In this document: positions 40,556 through 51,132 of the stretch, piece after piece
Position numbering within the stretch: position 1 is the first letter of the stretch
Layout: every line of letters starts with the position of its first letter
NCBI GenBank assembly: GCA_965248355.1
Contig: OZ252098.1
Coordinates: 2,048,001 to 2,112,000, forward strand
Direction of reading: 5' to 3'
Source: Candidatus Latescibacterota bacterium
GTDB taxonomy: Bacteria > Latescibacterota > UBA2968 > UBA8231
Length of the DNA stretch: 64,000 nt
Notes under the pieces: generated by a model
The model's input: only the letters and a program-made list of their open reading frames with translations
Databases searched by the model: none
Told to the model about the DNA's origin: nothing
Made by a program: the position numbers and the translations under genes

Positions 40556-43500
40556 GCGCGGGGGCTCCTCACGGCCTCGGTGGCCCGGCCTGGGTGCAAG
40601 TCCGGGAGGCGGGGCTTCGGTCCCAGCGCCGGGGCGCAGTACGGCTCCATTACATCTCGAGACTCTCGCTTGTACAAGCCCAATTCCTGTCCAGTTGACG
40701 GGGTACACTTCCTCCACCCGGCCACGTCGTACTCATCCGCGTTGTTCTGAATCCGCACCGTCACCGCATCGTCGGGGGAACTCTTGCGGTGCAGGCGCAG
40801 AACCGCCTGTCGTTGCACCCGCTCGAAGTCCCCCACCAACAGATCCCCCCGCAAGGTCAGGCTCCCGCTCGGATCGGCGTACAGGTAGTGAGTGCCGCTC
40901 TCGATCTTCAACCCGTCGAGAGTGGCCGTGCCCCCGGATTGCACCTGCAACCCATGTTCCGTCGCCGTGCCGGCCGACCGGAAGATCACCCCGCCGCCGA
41001 TGTGGAGGGTGCCCAGGTTGGCGGCAATCAGCTCCGAGTACACGTCCCCACTCGATGCCTCCGGAGCCAGGAAGTGCACCGCCGCACCCGCCGCAATCGT
41101 CAGGTTTCCGCCAATCGTCACGTCGCCGCCCACATATACCGTGTCCGACCAGCTCTCCGTCCCCGTGATCGAGCCCGACCACGCCGGCGTCGCCGTCACC
41201 CGCGAAGAGTCGCCGGTTCCCACGGCGTTGACCGCCCGCACCTCGAAGGTGTATTCCGTGCCGGTGCGCAGGCTCTCCAGCGTGTGGCTCGTGGTCGTCG
41301 AATCGCTGCCCGCAATCGCCCCCCAGTCCGGCACCCAGGTCGTGCCCCCGTCGGTACTGTGCCGGTACTGATACCCCGTCAGGGGGGAGCCGTTGTCCGG
41401 CGCCCGGGTCCAATCCAACGTCACCCAATCGCCGGCCGTGGACGCCGACAGATCCCCCGGGGCCTCCGGCACGCCGGCGGGCGTGGCCTGCCGGGTGAAT
41501 GAGGCGACCGCTGCCCGATAGTCCGTCGCCGCGGTCTCGTAGACCCCCTGCACCTGGAACCGGTAGGCCACCCCGTTCGTCAAGGCCGGCACCGTGCAGG
41601 AGGCCGTCGACGAGTCGCTGCCGGCCACGTCCTGCCAGGCCTCCCACCCCCCGTCGTACGGGTTCAGCCGGTACTGCCACTCCTCGACGAGGTCGTTGCC
41701 CGGGTTGTCCCACTCCAGCGTCACCTGCTCATCGCCCCTTCGCGCCCGCAACGGCACCACCGCCACCGAGTCCGAGGCCTCACCCGGCACGTCGTCCGCG
41801 TTGACCAGGCGCACCCGGATCTGGTGGATCATCGAGCTGTCCAGGTTCGATACGCCGTACGTGCTCAGAATCGACCGGCTGTCGTCCACCGCCCCCACCC
41901 GGTTCGAGAATGTGATCGGGCTCGACACCGGCTGCCTCGGCCCGCTTGTCCCCGAGGCCCCGGACCGCACGGCCCCCCACGCATTCCACACCCCGCTTCC
42001 CGATTTCGCTTGATATTGGAAAGCATCGAACTGAGGCAAATTGCTGGTGGAAAGAACCGCCAGCCCCTCAGCCCCCGCCTCGCACACCGGCTCAAAGCAG
42101 TCGACAGTGATCTCGAACTCATCAGACGAAGCCACGGGCTTGCCCGCGGATCGAACGCCCATCCCCGCCAACTGGGGCGCCAGAGGACTGACACCGTTCG
42201 GAGGGAAGGTCCGTGACAATCGCTGTCTCCACGGCCGTTTGTTGCCTGCAATTCATAACGATATCTCGTATTGGCGTTCACCCCGTTGTGCGTGAAGAAG
42301 AGTCTGTTCATGTCCGGAAGGAGGGGGCAAACATTCCAAGCCGACCAGGAAAGCCCCCCAAGCAAGTCTACACCGGGACCCCAGTCCGGCTTGCTCTGAA
42401 ACCGCAGCCTGTACCCAGTCGCTGCCGGCTTCACCGCTGTCCAAGCCACCCCGATGGAGCTCGCTCCCGCCGTGGCAGAATCCACCGTCGGCCGTCCCGG
42501 TATCGAATTCTCGGGTGCGTCGTCCTCCGACTCATGGATCTGAAGGCTTGCCGTAGCCTGCGCACCCGCCTGAACACCTACTGGAAGTGTGCTCCCAAAA
42601 CCGAGCGATACCCACTCGTCGTCGAGGTCAGTATCAGAATTGGCAGTAATAGTGAATCGCTTCGAACTATCGCCGGCAAGAAACCCCAGCGACAGGCTAC
42701 TGACACTGTAGTCCTCACTCTCTGCTGCTTGGACGACGTCAGGGTCGACGCTCACCACGATCGGAATCTCCATCGCCCGATCCGCCACCGGGGCCACTCT
42801 CACCGTTACCTCCACAGATTGGCCTTCCGCCACTCCGTAGCTCGCCGCGCTGTACGACACAGCCATGAGAGGCACCTTCACGGCGTCCGACCACGGCCCA
42901 GCCCCCGCCGCGTTCACCGCCCGTACCTGGAAACGGTGAAATACGCCATGGTCTATGGGCGGCGTCTCTGTCGTCGCTGACCCGCTCCCAGAGATGGCTC
43001 TCCCAATCGCCGCCGACTCCGCCGGGGTCCAGGTCCCCGACCCGTCACCTTGCTGCCTCCTGTACTCCCAGCCCGTGATCGTCGGATCCTCCACGACCGG
43101 GTCCGTCCACCGCAGGGTCACCTGACCATTGCCCGCCTCTGCTGTCACATCAGTCGGCGGCAGTGGTGGCGGGGACATGTCCCGGATCTGAGCATGCTCC
43201 AGGTCCGCTGAACCCCCCGGCATGATTCGGATACCGCCCCAGGCGTGGGTGCCGGACCACGTTGTACTGGACTTCTTGCGAAATCTGATTGGGCTATCCT
43301 CGTCGGAGGCATTCAGAGTTCCATAAACGAAGATCTCCGCACGGTCATCCAGGCCATGCCCTTCCTGCAATTTGTGGATATCTTGCCTAGGCTCGAACTC
43401 GATGACCGCGCCTGGTTGCATGGTAAGGGTTGCCCCCGGCAGTACCACAATATCGCCGCGCAGTGAAATCGTGCCTTCCCAAGAAACATCACCCACCACG

Positions 43501-43870
43501 GGAAAATGATGGAAGTTCTCATGAGGTATTCTCCGCTTCCCGTAGTCATCTACACTTCTACCGGACCGAATGGTCCTCCAACCCTTATAGAATGGACTTA
43601 TGGCCGCTCTGTTTGACTCCGCCAGTCCCAACATGAGCAGGAAAGCATTGAGCGGAGGAAAAGGAATCTTGGACAACCATACAGCGGGCGACGCTACAGC
43701 AGGTGTTCCGAAGAAGATCTTGACACCGAGCCAACTCACCTCTGGCGACAGTCCCATATTGTCAGCATTTGTAGGATCTGGGTCCGGCAACATCACAATC
43801 TTGTAAGATTGGGCAAAGTCACTATCGCTAGAAATCTCCGGATGCAAGACTCGTCCGCCACTTGTTAGAT

Positions 43871-45294
43871 GGCATTGTCCCGATCTTAGTTGAAATAGCA
43901 CAGGCTCCCATCGTTACGTTTGATACGAGAAATCCCCAAGAAGCCTCGTATCGGTAACCCAAGGAGCCTGCCATGAGCAAGCTACAAGCACGGAAAAGGG
44001 GCGTCAAACGGACCGTGGCCATCGGCCCCGTGAACCGCCAAGCCACCGCGTCGATGGACGATCTGGAGACTCGCATCGAGGTCATCCAGCTGCTGATCCC
44101 TTTGGGTCTGCAGGCGGTCTCGGAGGAGCTGCAGCAGTCGGTCGAGGCCTTGGCCGGACCTCGGTATCAGCGCAAGGGTCCGGATCAGGCGTTGCGCCGC
44201 TGGGGAGCGCAGGCCGGGTCGGTGTACCTGGGCGATCAGAAACTGCCGGTCGAGGTGCCGCGCGTGCGCGATGTGGTCCGCGGCACCGAGGTCCCGCTGG
44301 AGGCCTACCAGGCCCTGCAGACGCCGAGGCAGATGGATCAGGGGCTGTTGTTGCGGGTGCTGAAGGGCCTGGCCACGCGCAACTACGAGGCCTGCGCCGA
44401 GACCGTCCCGCAAGCCTTCGGTCTGTCCCGTTCCTCGGTCTCTCGCCGGTATGTGAAAGGCACGGCGCGCAAGCTGGCCGAATTCCAGCAGCGATCCCTG
44501 GAAGGCTACGACCTGGTGGCGCTGTTTCTGGACGGCAAGAGCTTTGCCGACGAGGAAATCCTCATCGCCCTGGGCGTCACTGTGGAAGGACACAAGATCC
44601 CTCTGGGTTTCGTGCAGGCGGCGACCGAGAACGAGCGCGTCTGTCGTCGCTTCCTGGCGGAGCTGGTCGAGCGGGGCCTGCAATACGAGGCCGGGCTGCT
44701 CGTGGTGATCGATGGAGGCAAGGGCCTGTACAAGGCAGTGCGGTCGGTGCTCCAGGGCCATGCCTGCGTGCAGCGATGCCAGTATCACAAGCGCCAGAAC
44801 GTGGTCTCGTACCTGCCCAAGAGCGAGCAGGGCGGCGTTCGTCGAAAGCTGGAAGCGGCGTATGGGCACTCGACGTACGAGGAGGCCCAAGCCGCCCTGG
44901 AGGCGCTGAAACCGGGGTTGCAGTTGATGAACCAGTCGGCCCTGCGCAGCTTGGAGGAAGGCCAGCAAGAAACCCTCACGCTCCACCGCCTGGGCCTGAT
45001 GCCGATGCTGAAGGCCTCCTTCCGTACCACCAACTGTATCGAGAACGTCAACAGTCTCCTGGAGCAGTTGACGCACAACGTGCGGCGCTGGACGAACTCG
45101 TCGCAGCGTCACCGCTGGGTCGCCACGGCGTTGCTCGACATCGAACCTCGCCTGCGCCGGATCAACGGTTACCACCACCTGCCGATGCTCCGACAAGCGC
45201 TCCAAGCCGAACTCGGCCTCAAACAGCTCGCGATGACGGGCTGACTCATCCACTCGAGCCTGGGCTACGTTTCAACTGAAAATGGGACTTGCCC
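43871..45294 (+). mobile_element. IS256-family insertion sequence (1,424 bp)
   Basis: Imperfect IRs sharing GTCCC..AGTTGAAA..CAGGCTC; 8-bp duplication TGTTAGAT at 43863-43870 and 45295-45302. Confidence 0.93.
43973..45244 (+). CDS. IS256/Mutator-family transposase
   Basis: VPRVR, FLDGK, VIDG.KGL, QRC..HK..N, TTN.IE; AAGGAG upstream. Confidence 0.93.
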   Translation: MSKLQARKRGVKRTVAIGPVNRQATASMDDLETRIEVIQLLIPLGLQAVSEELQQSVEALAGPRYQRKGPDQALRRWGAQAGSVYLGDQKLPVEVPRVRDVVRGTEVPLEAYQALQTPRQMDQGLLLRVLKGLATRNYEACAETVPQAFGLSRSSVSRRYVKGTARKLAEFQQRSLEGYDLVALFLDGKSFADEEILIALGVTVEGHKIPLGFVQAATENERVCRRFLAELVERGLQYEAGLLVVIDGGKGLYKAVRSVLQGHACVQRCQYHKRQNVVSYLPKSEQGGVRRKLEAAYGHSTYEEAQAALEALKPGLQLMNQSALRSLEEGQQETLTLHRLGLMPMLKASFRTTNCIENVNSLLEQLTHNVRRWTNSSQRHRWVATALLDIEPRLRRINGYHHLPMLRQALQAELGLKQLAMTG

Positions 45295-46344
45295 TGTTAG
45301 ATTATCATCATAGGTAACCTTCCCCGCCCTAACGTAATCCCCAGGCGTTGGATACAGGCCATGGCCTCCCGCACTCACATACACGATAAGGGCTTCTCCC
45401 CCTACGGCAGGAATTCTCACCCGAGGGTTGGTTGTGGAGGGAGAATCGGTAATGTCATAGTATGAAATGCTCTTTCCATGAAACATGTAGTCTATGCCAG
45501 AAAGCTGTGCCTGTGCAGGATTCCGACTGGTTACAATAATGTTGACCTTTTGCCAGTCACCCTCATGGTTATTTTGCCAATCGTTATATGGAAAGAAGAG
45601 AAAATACGTTATGACGACGGACCCGAATCCGTCCGTGGGATCGGGGCGCTCGAAGACGTGTGCATATACGGTATTCGGAAAGCGCCATCCTGCACGGGAA
45701 TCGTCTTCCCCACTGCCAGGAAAATATGCCCGATCCCAGGACTCTTCATCGTCGCCCGGATAATCGAAATAGGAATGAGCGCGGTAGTTGCCGGGGATAA
45801 GATCTGGACCGATTGTATAGTACCATCCTGCGTTACGCAGAAAGGCAAACTTGCCTTCGGAAGGGACCGTCTTAGACAAGAAACTCACATTACCTTCTCT
45901 TTCGCGCAAGCCTCCAAGGTCCTGCCAATCCGGAAACTGGGCCTCCTCTATCGCCCTACTCGCATTCGCAGCAGTGACCTTCATCCAGATGCTGGAAATG
46001 GAATTTGCACCTATAATCTCCACAGGCTCGGGATTGAGCACTTTACGATCTAACCTCTCAGGATTCTTGGTCAAAACAACTATGGGGGCAAATCGCCTGG
46101 CCAAGGTTGAATCACTTGCCGCAAGGGACGAAGCGCCAATGTGTGATGGATGAAGTAGCAAATATCCCAGGATGATACCCAGACTCGGTATCCAATGAGT
46201 CCAGTTCTGGGTCGCTATATTCCTGCTTCGGACCATCGGTTGCTGAGGAATCCGCGGGCCGATCCGAGTTTCGTGCCGCACTCTTCGCTCCTTCCAATGC
46301 AGAATTGACTGCCTTCTTCCCATCAATTCCATGCCTTTCGTATC

Positions 46345-47403
46345 TCAGAACCGCAACCTCAGGACTCCTGCGATCTCTCCCTTGGGACCAGATCCCAGAC
46401 CGATGGAGAAACGACGCGCTTTGCCAGCGGCGATATCGGACTTGCCAGACAATCCCGTGTGGCGTGACCATTCTGATGCAACTGTGGAACCAACGATTGG
46501 TCCCGCGACCATGGATGGCCATAGTGTGCCGTCACTGATCAGGGTCAACAAGCCGCAGGTCACCAGTCCCCCGAGACTGCCTACCAGCGAATGCGTGAAA
46601 CGATCGTTTGGCTCCACCATACTCACGCCGATGGAAGCTCCCAATACCCAGCCTGTACTGGCGCCAAGAAAACCAGCTATATCGGCACAAGAGTCCTCTT
46701 GCGAGGCGTGCTGCTCGTTGATTGGGAACCACCCTCGACAATGACCGTAGTACTCGTCGATTCTGGTACCGATCATCCCCCCTACCCAAAAGAGAAGACT
46801 TGCACCGGCTGCTCCCGCGCCAAGCTTTCCTGATATTCGTTCTAGGGCCCCCTTATTGTCTTCTATTCTCACAGAGAGTGTATCCGCGATGCTCAGGAAT
46901 GCACTGTCTTGGACAGCATTACCGGACTCGCCTTGCATCATCTTTAGCCCTTCATCCTTCCTCTCCGGTGTGCTGGTTTCATTTTGATCTGCCTCGTCCA
47001 TGCTCCCCATGACCCGGTGGTCCGGAAAGTACAGGGTGACTCCTTGCGCTTCCTCCGCGAGTGAGTCGCTGGGATCCAGCAATTCCAACCTCTTGATTCG
47101 TTGCAGTTCGATTCGCTGCGGTAAGTCCCGCCCTTTCTGCGCGAGCAGCAACCGTTGCTCGTTGATGGCCTGAATGGTCCCTGTCGCTGTGACCAGCCTG
47201 GGCCATTCTCCCGTGGCCGGATCAGCGATGCCCAGCCCGTAGACGATGATCACCGGTGTGCCCACTCTCATTTTACTGGTGTCGATTGCAGAGAACTCTG
47301 GAATAACGCCCGGATCGTTCGCCGAGTTCGCATATGTATGGTCGGGCAAGGCTATTAGGATCAGCGTAAGCAGTACTAGAAAGAGCCTTCCGGCGAATCT
47401 CAT
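46345..47403 (-). CDS. Exported hypothetical protein with Gly-rich hydrophobic C-terminal half
   Basis: Signal peptide; glycine-zipper-like helices; ends VLRLRF; AT-rich. Confidence 0.7.
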   Translation of the reverse strand: MRFAGRLFLVLLTLILIALPDHTYANSANDPGVIPEFSAIDTSKMRVGTPVIIVYGLGIADPATGEWPRLVTATGTIQAINEQRLLLAQKGRDLPQRIELQRIKRLELLDPSDSLAEEAQGVTLYFPDHRVMGSMDEADQNETSTPERKDEGLKMMQGESGNAVQDSAFLSIADTLSVRIEDNKGALERISGKLGAGAAGASLLFWVGGMIGTRIDEYYGHCRGWFPINEQHASQEDSCADIAGFLGASTGWVLGASIGVSMVEPNDRFTHSLVGSLGGLVTCGLLTLISDGTLWPSMVAGPIVGSTVASEWSRHTGLSGKSDIAAGKARRFSIGLGSGPKGEIAGVLRLRF

Positions 47404-47898
47404 GGCTTCACTCCCCTTCCCTGAAATGGGAAACAGTCGGCTTTGCAGGCCAACACATCACTCTTTGCGGCACCAGACACATCTATCCCGATGTGCGGAA
47501 CAAGGCAAAGCACAGTCTGAGCAAATTTATGCCACTGAGAAAGGGAGGCTCTGCTATCGGAATTCAGCCGGCGATTGTGCCTTGATGGGTAGAGTTGGAC
47601 GATCCTGGCAGAGATGGTGTGTCCTGGCGGCCATAGGGGCCAAGGGAGGCAAGATACCAAAGGCGCCCCCGGGGGGTATCTTCGCTTATTCGCACGTGTT
47701 AACCACAAAATCCCGGTTTACCATGGAATTACAAAATGGGAAGTTTGGGGGATTCTGCGTGCGGTCTCTCTCCGTGAGAATGCGAGTGTACCCGTGGGGG
47801 CGAAGTATGTCAAGCGATATGTGATATGGTCATGGGTCGCCACGACTTCTGCACGGCCTCATGGAGGCGAGAGGGCCTCAGGCGTGGTCTCCGGGCCC

Positions 47899-50800
47899 TC
47901 AGCTCTCCCCGCCTCCCTCCGAGTCTACGTCCCGCCCCCCAACCACCTCCCGACCCCGCCACAGCGCGTAGACCGCCGGCAACACCAACAACGCCAGCAA
48001 GGTGGCGGTCGCCAGCCCCCCGACCATCGGCGCCGCGATCCGCTGCATCACCTGCGACCCGGCCCCCGAGGCCCACATGATCGGCAGCAGGCCGCCCACG
48101 GTGGAGCCCACGGTCATGAAGATCGGGCGCACCCGCCTCGAGGCCCCCTCGACGATGGCCTCGGCGAGGTCTCCGGGGCTTTCGAGACGGCCCTCCTGGC
48201 GGCGGCTCTCCAGCGCCTGGTCGAGATATGTCAGCATCACCACGCCCAACTCGGCGCTGACCCCGGCGAGGGCGATGAACCCCACGCCCACGGCGACGCT
48301 CATGTTGTAGTCGAGCAGGTAGATGAGCCAGATCCCACCGACCAAGGCGAAGGGCAGGGTCAACATCACCATCAAACTTTCGACGACGCTGCGGAAGTGG
48401 AGAAAGAGGAGCAGGAAGATGATGGCCAGGGTCACCGGGACGACGAGGCTCAGCCGCTCCTTGGCCCTCTCCATGTATTCGTACTGGCCGCTCCAGACCA
48501 GGCTGTACCCCGGCGGCAGGTCGATCTCCTCGCCCACGATCTCCCTGGCGCGCTCGACATAGGTGCCCACGTCGACGTCGCGGATGTCGATGTAGACCCA
48601 GGCGTTGAGGCGGGCGTTCTCGCTCTTGATGGCCGGCGGCCCCTTGCGGATGCGCAGGTCGGCGAGCTGGGCCATCGGCACCTGGGCCCCGCTCGGCGTG
48701 GCCACCAGCACCCGCCTGAGGGCGGGCAGGTTGTCGCGCAGCTCGCGGCCGTAGCGCAGGTTCACCGGGTAGCGCTCGCGGCCCTCCACGGTGTGGGTGA
48801 CGTTGACGCCGCCCACGGCGGACAGGATCACGTCCTGCACGTCCCCCACCGTGAGCCCGTAGCGCCCCGCCTCCTCGCGGTCGATCTCGAAGTCGAGGTA
48901 GTTGCCCCCGGCCACCCGCTCGGCGTAGACGCTGGCCGTGCCCGGGATCTCCCGCACCACCTGCTCGATCCGCCGGCCCACCTCCTGGAGCGTCTCCAGA
49001 TCGCCGCCGGCGACCTTGATGCCCACGGGGGTCTTGATGCCGGTGGAGAGCATGTCGATGCGCGTCTTGATCGGCATGGTCCAGGCGTTGGTCAGGCCGG
49101 GAAAGCGCACGGCCCGGTCCAGCTCCTCCACCAGCTTCTCCGGGGTCATGCCCGGCCGCCACTGGTCCTGGGGCCGCAGGGTGATGGTGGTCTCGATCAT
49201 CGACAGCGGCGCCGGGTCGGTGGCGGTCTCGGCGCGGCCGATCTTGCCGAAGACGTTCTCCACCTCCGGGAAGGTGCGGATGATGCGGTCGGTCTGCTGC
49301 AGCAGCTCCCGGGCCTTGGTCACCGAGACCCCCGGCAGGGTCGTGGGCATGTAGAGCAGGTCGCCCTCGTACAGGGGCGGCATGAACTCGGAGCCGATCA
49401 TCTCCAGGGGAAAGAGCCGCTGCAGGCGTGACAGCGCCTGGTGGGCCAGGCTGCCGGGCTGGTCGGCGAAGCGCTCGACCACGGCGCTGCGGAAGGGAAA
49501 CAGCGACACGAACATCACGGCCGCGGCGGCGGCGAGGGTGGCGGCCTTGTGGCGCAGCAGCCAGTCCAGGACCGGCGTGTACCCCCGGGTCAGGAGGCGG
49601 TTGAGCGGATTGCGGTCGGCGTCGACGATCCGGCCCCTCAGGCAGAAGCCGATGAGCACGGGCACCACCGTGATCGACAGCAGGGCGGCGGCGGCCATGG
49701 CGTAGGTCTTGGTGTAGGCCAGGGGTTTGAAGAGCCGGCCTTCCTGGGCCTCCAGGGTGAAGACGGGCAGGAAGGAGAGGGTGACGATGAGGAGCGAGAA
49801 GAACAGGGCCGGCCCCACCTCCTTGGAGGCGGCGGCGATGATGGCCCAGTGGTCCTTGCGGCCCCGGTCCCGCGCCAGGTGCCGGTGGGCGTTCTCGATC
49901 TGCACGATGCCGGCGTCGACCATGGCGCCCACGGCGATGGCGATCCCTCCGAGGGACATGATGTTGGCGTTGATCCCCTGGCCCCACATGACGATGAAGG
50001 CGACGAGGATGCCGAGGGGCAGGGTGAAGACGGCGGCGAAGGCGCTGCGGAAGTGGAGCAGGAAGAGGCCGCAGACCGCGGCCACCACCAGGCACTCCTC
50101 GATCAGCTTCTCCTTCAGGTGGCCCACGGCGCGGCGGATGAGGCCCGAGCGGTCGTAGGCCGTCTCCACCACCACCCCTTCCGGCAGCCCGGCCTCCAGG
50201 GACTCGAGCTTCTCCTTCACCGCGTCGATCACGGCCAGGGCGTTCTCGCCGTAGCGCATGACCACGATGCCGCCGGCCACCTCCCCCTCGCCGTTCCACT
50301 CCGCCAGGCCGCGGCGCAGCTCCGGCCCCACCTGCACGGTGGCGATGTCCCGCACCCGCACCGGGGTCCCCGAGCGGCCGGCGCTGACCGGGACGTCACG
50401 GATGTCCTCGACGGAGCGGATGTAACCGAGGCCGCGCACCATGAACTCGGTCTCGGCCAGCTCGATGAGACGGCCGCCGACGTCGTTGTTGCTGCGCTGG
50501 ATGGCGCTCTTGATCTGCCGCAGCGAAATCCCGTAGGCCAGCAGCTTGTTGGGATCGACGGTCACCTGGTACTGCTTGACGAAGCCGCCGATGCTGGCCA
50601 CCTCGGCGACGCCGGGCACGCTGGTCAGCTCGTAGCGCAGGTACCAGTCCTGGATCGAGCGCAGCTCGGCGAGGTCGCGGCGGCCGCTGGTGTCGACGAG
50701 GGCGTACTCGTAGACCCAGCCGACGCCGGTGGCGTCCGGACCGAGCCTCGGCTGCACCCCCTCGGGCAGGCGGTCGCCGGCGAAGCTCAGGTACTCGAGG

Positions 50801-51132
50801 ACGCGGCTGCGCGCCCAGTACATGTCGGTGCCGTCCTCGAAGATGACGTAGACGAAGGAGAGCCCGAAGAAGGAGTACCCCCTCACGGTCTTGGCGTAGG
50901 GCACCGCCAGCATGGCCGTGCTCAGGGGAAAGGTCACCTGGTCCTCCACCACCTGGGGCGCCTGCCCCGGGTACTCGGTGAGGACGATCACCTGCACGTC
51001 CGACAGGTCGGGGATGGCGTCGAGGGGGGTCTCGGACATGGCCAGGAAGCCGGCGCCCGCCACCAGCAGGGTCACCAGCACGGTCAGCAGCTTGTTGCCG
51101 ACGCAGGCCTCGATGATGCGGCCGATCATCAC
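47899..51132 (-). CDS. cusA: CusA/CzcA heavy-metal efflux RND permease
   Basis: DAIPDLSDVQV, GPDATGVGW, NIMSLGGIAIAVGAMVD, PIKTRIDMLSTG, RIAAPMVGG. Confidence 0.96.
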   Translation of the reverse strand: MMIGRIIEACVGNKLLTVLVTLLVAGAGFLAMSETPLDAIPDLSDVQVIVLTEYPGQAPQVVEDQVTFPLSTAMLAVPYAKTVRGYSFFGLSFVYVIFEDGTDMYWARSRVLEYLSFAGDRLPEGVQPRLGPDATGVGWVYEYALVDTSGRRDLAELRSIQDWYLRYELTSVPGVAEVASIGGFVKQYQVTVDPNKLLAYGISLRQIKSAIQRSNNDVGGRLIELAETEFMVRGLGYIRSVEDIRDVPVSAGRSGTPVRVRDIATVQVGPELRRGLAEWNGEGEVAGGIVVMRYGENALAVIDAVKEKLESLEAGLPEGVVVETAYDRSGLIRRAVGHLKEKLIEECLVVAAVCGLFLLHFRSAFAAVFTLPLGILVAFIVMWGQGINANIMSLGGIAIAVGAMVDAGIVQIENAHRHLARDRGRKDHWAIIAAASKEVGPALFFSLLIVTLSFLPVFTLEAQEGRLFKPLAYTKTYAMAAAALLSITVVPVLIGFCLRGRIVDADRNPLNRLLTRGYTPVLDWLLRHKAATLAAAAAVMFVSLFPFRSAVVERFADQPGSLAHQALSRLQRLFPLEMIGSEFMPPLYEGDLLYMPTTLPGVSVTKARELLQQTDRIIRTFPEVENVFGKIGRAETATDPAPLSMIETTITLRPQDQWRPGMTPEKLVEELDRAVRFPGLTNAWTMPIKTRIDMLSTGIKTPVGIKVAGGDLETLQEVGRRIEQVVREIPGTASVYAERVAGGNYLDFEIDREEAGRYGLTVGDVQDVILSAVGGVNVTHTVEGRERYPVNLRYGRELRDNLPALRRVLVATPSGAQVPMAQLADLRIRKGPPAIKSENARLNAWVYIDIRDVDVGTYVERAREIVGEEIDLPPGYSLVWSGQYEYMERAKERLSLVVPVTLAIIFLLLFLHFRSVVESLMVMLTLPFALVGGIWLIYLLDYNMSVAVGVGFIALAGVSAELGVVMLTYLDQALESRRQEGRLESPGDLAEAIVEGASRRVRPIFMTVGSTVGGLLPIMWASGAGSQVMQRIAAPMVGGLATATLLALLVLPAVYALWRGREVVGGRDVDSEGGGES

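Larger units (their letters stand above)
39365..40712 (+). mobile_element. IS3-family insertion sequence (1,348 bp)
   Basis: IRs GGTAGTGTACCCC..CTGGACAGG / GGAAGTGTACCCC..CTGGACAGG; 3-bp duplication TCC. Confidence 0.93.
34512..46332 (-). pseudogene. Giant secreted FN3/cadherin-like/Calx-beta protein with C-terminal sorting domain, disrupted
   Basis: ORF pieces join in frame after removing IS256 and IS3 with their duplications, restoring 1 bp near 42217 and reading through TGA 38988-38990. Confidence 0.85.

Noticed and set aside
47404..47898. Structured ncRNA or riboswitch in the long AT-rich intergenic region
   Set aside because: No recognisable family motif by eye; would need a covariance-model search.
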